A stretch of DNA of 35,892 nt from Bigelowiella natans CCMP2755 (taxonomy: Eukaryota; Protista; Cercozoa), in NCBI GenBank assembly GCA_000320545.1, contig ADNK01000162.1, positions 1-35,892 of the forward strand, in the 5' to 3' direction. Every line of letters begins with the position of its first letter. Within the stretch, counting starts at the first letter, position 1. The notes under the pieces were generated by a model. That model saw only the letters and a program-made list of their open reading frames with translations, was not told the DNA's origin and made no database searches. Below are positions 25,092-35,892 of this stretch, piece by piece. Position numbers and translations under genes: made by a program.

Positions 25092-26387
25092 CTATTTGCT
25101 TCGATTCTTGCTGCCGGGGCGGAAAAGTTGGGTGATGCCTTCTTGCGGGGACACGTTCCAGGACTCAACATGACGAGCTACCCGGCCTACAAAAGGAAGA
25201 AAGAGGAAGCAGCAGAATATAGACAACAGAAACACAAGGGCTGTTATCCAAAGACATGAACCATCTATCGCCTGAATGATGCATCATCAACAAACATTAA
25301 TCATGAACTTTAATGTATCCATATTTGAACGAACGGCACCACCAAGATTCACAGGCCCAAACCTCCAGTCTTTTTTAGGTTTTGAGATATTGCTATACAT
25401 TATGGTCATCACAACAGATCTGGTATCATAACGCACTCCTCTCTTACCTGTCTCCTCAGAGAACTCAAATCGGACTCCCCATACCTGTTCGATTGATGAT
25501 ACTTCATCGATTACCCAACCGCAAACACCACCACTGCACCACACATTACTACAAAAATGAGATCTTAGTCAATCTGATAGGGAGGAGTGGAAAGAATCTT
25601 CCATGAGTTTCCAATGATCGGCAGCTCCTGAATCATCATCATCATTCATCATCATCATCATTCATCATCATCAATTCTCACTACAGCCATCGTCTCCTCC
25701 TCTCTCTCCGCAAATCTCACCCAAGCCAAAGTCGGAGTCCATGGCAGTCCCAGAGTCAATCTCACCATATATCGCGTGTTCACGGAGAAACTACTACGAC
25801 CGCTACTGCTCTCCTGATAATAACAAATGGAACAAGATCAATGCCCAAGTAAATCAGCATGATGAAGACGAAGAAGAAATAGAAAAAGATGATGATGATG
25901 ATGACAAAGACGAATGGTCCTGCCAGAGCATATTGTTTCACAACGCGTCCTTGTCATTATTGTTGTCTTTCGCATACTATAGCCTCTTGTCCCCTACTAT
26001 CGCTCCCCTCCTCCTCCTCCCCCTTTGTTTTTTTTTTTGCTACCGCTTCTTCTCCTTCTTCCTCTTTGAAGTCGATGAGCTTGACGTAAGAGTCCTTGAT
26101 GAACGGCTGCAAGTTGGCTAGATTCTCCGCGAATCGCTTGTACCCGCGGAACGAAGCGAAGGGGTCTGCGAACTCGCAGTCCTCGTCATATCTGTTGTAT
26201 TATCCATTGTGCATCTTATCACTTAGCAACGACAACAGCAAAATTAAGGAGGCGATGATGAAGATCATGAAGAACGAATGAAACCAGTGACAAATAACAA
26301 CATTTGTTTTCCCCCGAAGAGTTCGCGTCTGTGGCCCTCTTCCCTTTTCTCTGTCACTAGTTCTATTCTTCTTGCTCCTCCCCTCCC

Positions 26388-26428
<41 letters not shown>

Positions 26429-27952
26429 CCATCTATCGTCCGCTTTCTCCTCACAGATTCGCTGTTGCTTTCCCGGTGAGAAAATAGCCGCTCTCACAGT
26501 CTTCTCGGAGCATCGCCAGTGCCTGTTGTTTGTTGTTGTTATTGTTATTGCTGTTGTTACGATGGGGCGATATTGGGCATGCATCGGGAGCAACGGGAAG
26601 AAAGACAAAAAGACCCAGAAGAAGAAGATGATGAAGAGGATAATCACGTGCAACGTATTCGCACGATACTTGTGCATATCTTAGAGCGCTCTACCTGTTC
26701 CCTCGGAAGAACCTCCGGTGACCGAGCAGAAGAATACGACGACGAAGACGAAGCCGACTCTTTGCCTAACGTGCGGATGCGAATGACGGCAGTAGCTACA
26801 TTGATGATACTTGATGATAACAATGAAAACACTATTTTGATTAGCGGGAAAGCAGGGAAGATGCGACAGGCTCGCAGTCACCGTTCATCTTCCCTTTCCT
26901 CCTCCTCCTCCTCTCCTCCTCCTCCTCCTCCTCATCATCATTTTCATTGTAAAATAATATCATCACTTCAGTTTTTGTACCCTACTACCATCGTCATCAT
27001 CATCGTCACTTACCAAGAAATCCAGCAGCAGCCTTTCCAACTATCTCACTAGCAGACCAAACAAATTTGCTGAACTGATCAGCGGTTGCAACACCATCCG
27101 AGGACGATGAGGATGATGATGATGAGGAGGGAACAGTTGGTCTCGTTTGGCTAGAAACTTCTGTCTCCTCTGTCTGCTTGAGATCCACTCCCGCCTCCGA
27201 CCTGTCCTCTTTCTCGTTCGTGTCCTCGTCGTTCTCCCCACCGTCGGGAGGGGGCGGGGGAGAGGAAGAGGAGGTAGATGACTTATTCGGCGAGGATGAC
27301 GAAGATAATGATGACGAAGATGATGATGATGATGCATTGGGGGAGGTTGTAATTTTGCTAGCAGTAGCAGCAGCAGTAGTAGTAGACGGCGATGCTGATG
27401 ACGATGGCGGCGAATACAATGATGACGGTGGTGTTGTTGATGTTGTTGATGATGATGATGATGATGATGATGATAATGAGGAAGAGGAGGAGGAGGAGGA
27501 AGAGGAGGGAGATGTTCTCGACAGCACCGATGACGGCGGCCAAGATGAAGAAATGGCAGCTTGCACGAGCTCCCCTCCCTGCTGCTTTGCTGCGGCGAAG
27601 ATGACCTCCCACTGCTTCCTCATAGCTGGTAGGACCTTTGCCCCCGCATTGACCAGCAGTTCTGAGCAAGAGCAGCACGTCGAGGTAAAGAACAAGGAAA
27701 AAGAAGGTACACATAGTTGAAAGAAGAGGAAGAGGAAGAAGAAGAAAGAGTGTCGCCAATTCCCGTATCTCTCTGTTTTCATAGTAGCCCGGAGCAACGA
27801 CGACGATACGGTCGTACTACCATTGGCGCTCAATATAGACCCTCCCTACCCCCACATCCACATTAATCTTTCGATCTATCCATCTGTTTGTCTATCTGCA
27901 GAGAAGACAGGAGACCTCGGCAACAATGCTACTATCATCCACGCCAAACACA

Positions 27953-27993
<41 letters not shown>

Positions 27994-30424
27994 TGGCAGT
28001 AGAAGCAGCATATGAGTATATTTATTTACCACGGAACTGCAGTTGTTGAATCACGGGGAGGAGTTGTGATAGGAGCTGTTGTTGTAGCTGTTGTTGTAGC
28101 TGCTGCTGCTGTGTATTAACTCGCTCCCCTTCTCCACTCTCTTCCAACGGCTGCGGCGCAGCCCTTCCCTTCCTGGATTCTAGGAGCACCGAGGTGCCTC
28201 CTGCTGCTGTTGCTGATGTTGTTTGCCTTGTTGTCGCTAGGGCCGCGGGCACAAGGCGTTGATCGTACTGACGAAGGAGCAGTTCTTCTGAAGGCCGTGT
28301 CGCTTCAAAGCTCTGTCGTGAAGTGCTCCTAAAGGGTACAATGATGATGATGATTATTATTATTATTATTATTATGGTGATGACGATGATGATGACGGTG
28401 ACGATATGGATATAGGAAGAGAGGGTGTGTTGGCAAGACAGATGTTTTCTTCGAGCTATTATAACGACTAAAGGCCTACCTCGCAAGCCATGCTTGCAAC
28501 TGCTGAAGGTCCTCCGGGACCTCGAAATCCTACGTGGATTGCAAGTGTCCAACGGCAGACGACCAAAGACATGGCAAGAGAACGCACAGAGTAAACAAAT
28601 ACAAAAAAGCAATCAGCAACACACAATGCAGTCCTAGCACAATCGTCTTATCGGTTTTCTTGGCTACACCAAGCATAGCCATCTTCGTAATTCATATTTT
28701 CGTCGTCGCCATTATCATCTCAGTTGTCGCGCTCGGGAAACAAATTATATATATATACCAAATATTAACGCTGCAAGATATTTCGAACCGTTTCTGAGGG
28801 GAAACGAACGACTCCTTTTTGCCTCGCGACATGGCCGCCGTGTCGCGAGGCAAAAGCATTTGTTGTTTTCGTTCAATCCCACATTACTAAAACGGTACTC
28901 GTATTCGCCGCTGCTAGCAGGCACTACCGTGTACTCTCTCAGTACGAAGTCTATGCGGCACATTATGGGCCAAACCAAAGCGTCCGCTGATAACAAGAGC
29001 CAGAGAAGGGAGAGGAAACAGTGATGAGGGTGGTTAGGGTACAATGAGTTGCATCGTAAGCGACACAGGCATATTCCAGTGCTGCGACATTTAAATTAGT
29101 CGTACTGCAGGTCAAAGGTCATCGGTGTTGTCGCCAAGAAATCGGGATGTACATAGTTCTAGGCCACGGCACTACCTATTGAAAATTGATCTCCCAAGAT
29201 CCAAGGACCTCTGATCCGATCATCCAACCTGATGAAGAGCATGCTTAAATATGGTATCTACACGAGAGCAATTAGCAGAGCTTGACTTCCGTGGATGAGT
29301 CAATCCTCCTCATCCCTCTCCTTCCTTTCTTCCCGTTTCTATATCTCAATTATAATCATAGCTTCTCCTGACTTTTGTAAGGTCTCTAACAGAGCCTGCC
29401 CCGCGTGGAAAATTTCAGTTTCGTCCTTCTTGGAAAGCGCATCGACAAAGACAGCAAAAGACCCTGCGAGATTTCCTTCCACAAATTCGTACCACTGATC
29501 AAGTAAATCAGCTTTTCTCTCCTCCCAGCTCTTCTGCGGCGCCATTGACTCTTCTCCATCCTCCTCCACCTCCGGAATGAGCGATTCAGCTCTGTTTCGA
29601 TATCTACTAAGTAGCAGGGAAGCAATGTCTTTGGAGTCCCAAAGCACGTTCTTAGAGTCTGCGAGGACCACCGTGGGTACACATCCTGTGGGGTTGACGT
29701 ATTGTAGGTACCATGGAGGCTTGTCCTCCAAGTCTTCGATCTCAATCAGCTGAATAAGTATATGTATGTGTGTCCTTGTTAGGCACTGCTACGGACTCGT
29801 CACAAGCATAATTAGAATTAAGCAAGATTCACACCCTTTATTACATTTTCCCATAAGGACCTGATAATCATGTAGCTAATGTGCAGGAGTTTAGGTTCTC
29901 AAAGGTAGAATAATCACCTGATATTTGATTCTTTTCTCCAGCAGGAGGATCCAAGTTGTTTGAGCGTATGTGCACATTCGATCGGTGAAGAACTGCACCT
30001 CAGTCGATGGTTTCATCGCTGCCTGAATTCTCTCATACTGCTTATCGACAAGCGAGGGGCGAGATCTTGTCCCCCCCACTTCTACTTCCTTCTCATCATT
30101 TCCAATTGCACTGCGAGGTGTATGCGGGCCAGTGCGGCACTTCAGTGTCGCTCCATGACCATAAATACTTCTTCCCGGACACCTCCGATGTTTCCCTCTT
30201 CGAAATACTCGCGATTGTGGGATAGGTGTATTAATTCTGCTATTAGAGGGTCGAATGAATGAACGAGTTTGAGCCAGTCCAATATTCGTTGGATCTTCCC
30301 AGTACGTGAACGCCCCATAGCAAATTGACAGCGCAGTTACAGCAGCCAAAGCTAGATGTATGAGAAAGTCCCTTAGCCTCCGCTTGCCATAGGCATATTG
30401 CAAGCGGCTGCCGGGCGCATCCAT
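25092..30424 (-). CDS. Bipartite-leader fusion protein: Cys-type glutathione S-transferase (omega/lambda/DHAR-like) + Q/S/T-rich linker + DUF2358 (SnoaL/NTF2-like) domain; about 13 exons, roughly 800 aa
   Basis: GST-N: FTDRMCTYAQTTWILLLEK, DKPPWYLQYVNPTGCVPTVV, LWDSKDI. GST-C: GPWILGDQFSIADALVWPIMCR, DFEVPEDLQQLQAWLAR. DUF2358: LREDCESGYFLTGK, LYDEDCEFADPFASFRGYKRF, LGLPWTPTL, ETGRVARHVESWNVSPQEGITQLFRP. Linking exons 28529-28480, 28328-28030, 27661-27014, 26765-26695 and 26522-26455 join in phase with no stop. Confidence 0.8.
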
Positions 30425-31069
30425 GTAGGAGGTCCGTTCTCTCTCTCTACTGGGGTCAGCACCCCTCGGAACCTGCGTATGGATTCTGACTACGACGATA
30501 AAATTTGCATGTCGCACTTGAAAATACCTATCGAATTTGGTCGTTTGGAGTCAGATATCAAACGTATCTTAGCCCCAAGCAGCTCGTGGAAAGCGAGTTC
30601 GTACTCTTTGCTGGGCGGACATCCGAGCACGAAAGGCAAAAGCCAGGAGGTTTCTTGTCTATCTACCCATTCTTGGCATGACGCAGATAAAAAATAACCG
30701 GATAAGCATGCATGTACATCTGCATTTTAGTATCGCTAGCCTCTGAGCACGAACAGACCCGTGTCGTCGGAAAAACTGAACAAAAGCCAGGGGGTTTGCT
30801 GTTGCGGGCAGCGACCGGAACCGCTGTTGATTTTGACCTGCGCCATCCCAAAATTATTGATGCAGGAAGAAAACTGACAGATGTTTTCAGGGGAAGGGCG
30901 AACAAAGAAGATTCGAAGATTCCAGGAGCACGATGACTGGCGATGCACGCAAGTACCGGCTACCACAAAGGCGATAAAAAATGCCCTGGATATACCCATA
31001 ATGTATCTCGAATTTTGCTATTTTTATGCAAAAAAAGGAAGGAAGCACGGTAGTACGTGTGTTCGGGAA

Positions 31070-31876
31070 ATGACATCCTCAAAACTCGACTCGAAACGCG
31101 ATCGAATGAGGGGAATGGAGATACGAAAGGAGGGTGGCGGGCCGCCTGGGCATGATCATAACTTACACGGCGTGAGGCTAACCAAACAGAGCATCTTCAT
31201 ACATAAGAAGCCCAGGATTCTGCGGGTGGGATCGCTTCAATGGTACCTGAAATCGGGGAAGAAAGAGACAGATGTAACACGCACATTTTTCCTACCAAAG
31301 GTTCCGGGTCCCCGAACACGATTGGGAAGACCTCCTCGCACGTTTCAAAGCGAGCGGTCTAAATACCGTCGATATGTACGTGGCTTGGCGCGATGTAGAA
31401 CCAGTCCGGGAGGGAGAATTCGACGCTGCCGTTCTCTCCGCAATGTGTCGCTTCTTGGAGCTGACCTGGAAGTATGACTTGTTTGTCTACTTTCGACCGG
31501 GGCCCTACATTTGCGACGAGTACGTAAATTATTTATATTCTAGAGGGGAGGAAAGGGGCGGTGGTCATCATCAAGAAGATTTAGCTTCAAATGTGAGCTG
31601 GCCGTGTTCAGTTATTCGCTCTTCTGTCTTCTCAGGTTCGATGGCGGTGGGATCCCTGCCTGGCTTCTGAAATTCTCTACAGAGCGAGATGACGATAAGG
31701 ATGATTCGAAGGTAATCATGAGAACTTCATGCCGAAACTGGCTGAGACACGTGAAGCGCTACTTCGACAAGATCAATAGCCTCATCAGGCCGTATCTGGC
31801 GACGCGAGGCGGGCCAATCATCATATATGCAGTGGAGAACGAGTATCGACAATATACAGAGATAGAATGAATAAGT

Positions 31877-31951
<75 letters not shown>

Positions 31952-32351
31952 AACCGAAGACCCAATGATCTAGCCACACGGCATGTACAAATAATATGCC
32001 ACGACTCATCATGAGGCAATAACAATGATATTTCGTTCTTCTTGCACCTTCCTGCCTTCAACAACCCTTACCATGTAGATACGATCATTTCGAAAAGGCC
32101 TTCTGGGCCGAGAAGCTGTTCGCGAGTGCCCCGTGTAGAGCAGAGAGACGCTGGTTCCAGACAACGGGAACTGCGGAATACTTCCGGCGGCTGCGCGACA
32201 TTGTGAGTGAGGATGGAGAAGTCAACGTCCCCATTGCAACATGCCCTGGGATGCCAGCAATTGCCGGTGACGGAGGCAAAAACACGCATCCAACACGCTA
32301 TTGTGTAGTGCTGAGTATTGTCGTCGTGGCTTACTAGTAGTGGTAGTTGTG

Positions 32352-32385
<34 letters not shown>

Positions 32386-32390
32386 AGGTT

Positions 32391-32426
<36 letters not shown>

Positions 32427-33145
32427 ATAATAGACAGGAATATACTTCTAACCATGATAATAGAAGCAGTACTGAGCAGCAATGGTCTGATTTCCGAAAG
32501 GTTGTTTCCTCCAGAAGGAAACGCATGTAACTGTGACTGCTCTAATGGTGGTGTAGGAATCGGAGACACGCCTGGTATTTGGCCACTTCCTAATCACTGG
32601 CCACCGGACGACCATGAGGTGAGGTGACTGTTGTCAATACCTCCTATTGTAAACATGATTAGGTAGAGCAGCATACATACTTGTATTTCTATATATAAAT
32701 ACATCCCGTATACGATGATACAATCTCCTTCCTACCATATCGTTTTCTTATATCTCCTCCTCCTCCTCCTCCTCCTCCTCCTCCTTCGACGCCCCGCTCA
32801 TTTCCCCCCCCGTTTCTAAAGCTGCATTCAATGGAGATTCTCGCCGCAATGCATGACCCGAATCGTCATGGTGGGATATACAACAACATGCCCGGTGGAT
32901 TCAGCGAAGGTGTGTTCCTTGCGAGAGCGAAGAAACTCTAGCTGAATTTGTTCTTGAAAAGGCCCAGCGATCCCCACGTCTCAGAAACGACAGATCATGG
33001 CGGGGATGCGGGTGGCGGCCGCTTTCAACGCCGTAGGAAGCCATCAATTTGGGTACAGGAATACAATCGACTTCGACCCTCAAACCATCGGTGATGACGA
33101 GAGAGAAAGTAGGAGGAGTTAGATGATGTGATGATTCATCATAAG

Positions 33146-33184
<39 letters not shown>

Positions 33185-33224
33185 TTTCACCATCATGAAC
33201 ATGATCGTCATCGCCGTGTTTAGA

Positions 33225-33262
<38 letters not shown>

Positions 33263-33386
33263 CTTTTCCACTAGGCGTAAAGATGGCTGGGATGAGTCAC
33301 TTGGTCGATAAAAGCTGTGCTCTCAGGTATCTTTTCAGACGACGTCGATAAGCAACTTTTGCACATTAGAATCAGCACCATGAACG

Positions 33387-33423
<37 letters not shown>

Positions 33424-33951
33424 CACTGCTACTACAACAACGACAACTACTACTAAATTACTACTGTTATCATCAATCACCACCGCAGTTGGCGGCGTGG
33501 TCGAGCGAGAAGGCTCTTCTTCCATCCTCGTGTTGCGTACATGCCCAGCACGCTCGACTTCTACGGGCCAATAAGCCATTCAGGATCTCTCCGGGAGAAG
33601 TTCTACAGCTTCCGCCGAGCTAACAAGCTGTTTGACGCTTTTGAGGGACTCTTCGCGTGTGCCGAGCCGAGACAGACATTAGTTGAGATGGAGAGGGGAG
33701 GGGGGGGGCAGTCCTCGTCTTCACCATCGGTATGGTCATTGATTGTGACGTCACTGTCGTCGTCGTGGCGAAGGCTACGATGCTCGCTTTGCATACCTGC
33801 CAAACATCAACCCATCGTCGTGGTCAAGACAAGTAGCAAGATCGGCGCGCTGGATCGGTAGGGTCGGCAATGATCACCCATCTGAGCGGATTATCTGACA
33901 CAATACTGACGTATCATTGTCCCATCCTGCCTCATCAACTGATATCTTAAT

Positions 33952-33994
<43 letters not shown>

Positions 33995-35053
33995 TTCCAT
34001 ATATACGTGCTGCTTGTGGATGAATGGGCCCCATCCCCTCCCCCCCCTCCTTGCTTCCAGGCGAGGAAGACGTTTCGTAAACTGGCTCGACGCGGGGGTG
34101 GGGGTGGGTACCCCACCCCATTCGCCACACGCTAGCTGTCTCTTCCTATCCCTTCTCAACCTCTCCGGGGCGCCTTTACGCATGCACGCGCTTAGCCTGA
34201 CCATCTTTGGCGATGCCTTTCCCAAATTTAGCTCGTTTGTCATCCCGACAGAGAGCTACCCGGGCTCTTTACGCGACCGCGAGCAGACGAGTTATGCGAT
34301 GGTGCTGCCTGTCAATCTGCCCCTGTGGACATGGACAACAACGACGACGACGAGGATGCTACCGCTGCGAGGAAATAGCAAGAAGCAAGGGCAAAGTGGG
34401 GATGATCGGGACGGAAAACGAGAAGAAGGGATGGAAGAAGAGGAAGGGAAAAGAAAGGGGAAAAGGAGGAGGACGAGGAGGATGACAACAACTAGCTCCT
34501 TGCTTTTGCGGTAACATTAACAACAAGTAGGGGAGTGGATAGGAAGGAAAATGCTTTCCCTACACCTCCCCCCCACCAATCAGATACACAACTGCGGAGG
34601 TCCTCACACTCACCAAGCTGGCAGCGGAAACAGGCGCAACCCTCCAAGAGCACGCGGTGGATGAGTTCCTGCTTGTTCTTTACGGAGAACCGGGCGAGAC
34701 GGGGGAAATCAAGCTGCGGACTGCAGAAGACCGCTACGCCGACGATGTTGGTGAGTATGAGGATGATGATGATAGTGAATTTCATCTCGGCCGTGAGGAG
34801 TTGTCTCCCCCGCCCCCCCCGCCTCCGGCTCTCCCTCGCTTCACATCTCTCCGAATTGTGTCGATGCACGACAACTTCAAGCTGCATGCGACAACGTCGT
34901 CACCGTCATCACCATCGCCATCGTCCCCATATCGAGAAAGGAAGATGCGGCAGCAGGGCAACGACCTCGTGCTCTCCTTCTCGTATGTGTGGATGATGAT
35001 GATGATGATGTTAATGATGGTGGTGCACACTGCTACCACACAAATGCGTTTGT

Positions 35054-35116
<63 letters not shown>

Positions 35117-35322
35117 TATGTATGTGTTTGCATGTAAATCTATTGTCCCCACCTTCGCTCCGTGCTTCCTCCCATATGCATCCATCCATCCATCCATTCC
35201 TCCACCTGCTCGTGCTCATACATAAGCTTAACCCACTGCTGTGGCTTCGTCGTCATCGTGCTCGTCGTAATCCCAATTATGTTCATTCTCAGCTACCTTC
35301 CGAACCCAAGCTTTGCTATCAT

Positions 35323-35359
<37 letters not shown>

Positions 35360-35540
35360 AATGAAATCTCCACCACAGACCAAGGAGGAGAGGAAGACGC
35401 AGCGAAGCGGCTTATTCTCCTTCGAATCATGGTTCTGACGCGCCATCTCGCTGGGCGCACATGGTTCTTCTCATTCCCTTTTCCTCCTCCCGATCCTGCT
35501 CGGAGTGCTGCCATTCTCTCCCGTCGAGGTCCCCCCTCCC
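31070..35540 (+). CDS. Glycoside hydrolase family 35 (beta-galactosidase-like), multi-exon, 3' end not reached
   Basis: GSLQW|FRVPEHDWEDLLARFKASGLNTVDMYVAW, FRPGPYICDE|FDGGGIPAWL, RGGPIIIYAVENE|Y, TLDFYGPISHSGSLREKF, and downstream beta-domain segments LLVLYGEPGETGEI and IMVLTRHLAGRTWF. The start could be ATG 31070 or 31106. Confidence 0.9.
32334..32430. repeat. (GTA)n microsatellite in a GH35 intron
   Basis: Directly visible. Similar (GTA)n tracts lie in PIP5K introns at 14825-14866 and 15056-15093. Confidence 0.95.
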
Positions 35541-35892
35541 TAAATTAACTCCCCCCCCCCCCTCCCTTTTCTTGCTCCTCCACACTTACAGCAGCAGCTT
35601 GGTTCTTTTTTCAGGGCCAGGGGACACTTACTCTACTACCTCGGTGGTGGTGTGCGGCCTAGACTATATGCGAGACCTGAGGGGGGGGGATGAGGGGGAA
35701 TGGAATCCGGGAGGGAAAAAATGGAAAAAAGGAAGAAAAAGAGGAGGGGGGGGGGGGGGGGTATTTAGGGGGGGGGGGGAACGAGGGGGGAGAAAGGGGG
35801 CCCTCCGAGCGGGATCGGGAGGGGGGAAAGGGAATGAGAGGAACAATGTGCGCGTTGCGGGATGTCGCGACAGAAACCTGATTTGAGGGAGA
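35416..35892. repeat. Degenerate inverted duplication (arms ~35416-35575 and ~35735-35892), probable fold-back assembly artefact
   Basis: Left arm gcgcacatggttcttctcattcccttttcctcctcccgatcctgctcggag aligns with the reverse complement of the right arm, gcgcacattgttcctctcattccctttccccccctcccgatcccgctcggag. The right arm runs to the last base. Confidence 0.8.

Noticed and set aside
27178-27720. 180-aa poly-acidic plus-strand ORF
   Set aside because: Antisense shadow of the Ser-rich triplet-repeat exon.
28530-28682. Apparent separate start with signal peptide (MAMLGV...VLLIAFLYLF) and in-frame TAG, suggesting a stand-alone DUF2358 gene or stop readthrough
   Set aside because: The TAG is the acceptor of the intron preceding the GST C-terminal exon (DFEVPEDL...). 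The hydrophobic stretch is T-rich intron sequence.
35226-35292. Possible transmembrane segment in GH35 (FVVIVLVVIPIMFIL)
   Set aside because: Better explained as intron sequence before the ctcag acceptor at ~35292, which joins in the same phase.
1-35892. CRISPR array, tRNA/rRNA genes, prokaryotic operon or defence system
   Set aside because: No repeat-spacer array or recognisable structural RNA was seen. All genes are spliceosomal-intron eukaryotic genes with unrelated functions, so there is no functional cluster.

Overview
Gene-dense, intron-rich eukaryotic nuclear DNA. Introns are short GT-AG introns, many filled with microsatellites, and one gene has a signal-plus-transit-type leader. This fits an alga with a complex plastid, such as a chlorarachniophyte (inference only). 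Most ORFs in the supplied track are microsatellite artefacts. Splicing exons by hand gives eight genes: (1) an NRF-6-like/acyltransferase-3 protein (-, runs off the left edge); (2) eIF3d (+); (3) a PIP5K with an N-terminal Tudor/SH3-like module (+); (4) a probable small secreted orphan (-); (5) a MED4-like subunit (+); (6) COMMD3 (-); (7) one continuous spliced frame fusing a Cys-type GST to a DUF2358/SnoaL-like domain behind a bipartite leader (-); (8) a divergent GH35 glycosidase (+, truncated). The most notable observations are the GST-DUF2358 fusion, intergenic CTAG-saturated islands that look like deamination scars, a microsatellite-free zone at the 5' end of each gene, frequent AAG splice acceptors and a small dispersed intronic repeat. 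The right end is a degenerate inverted duplication, probably an assembly artefact. All family calls are from motif recognition, with no database search.
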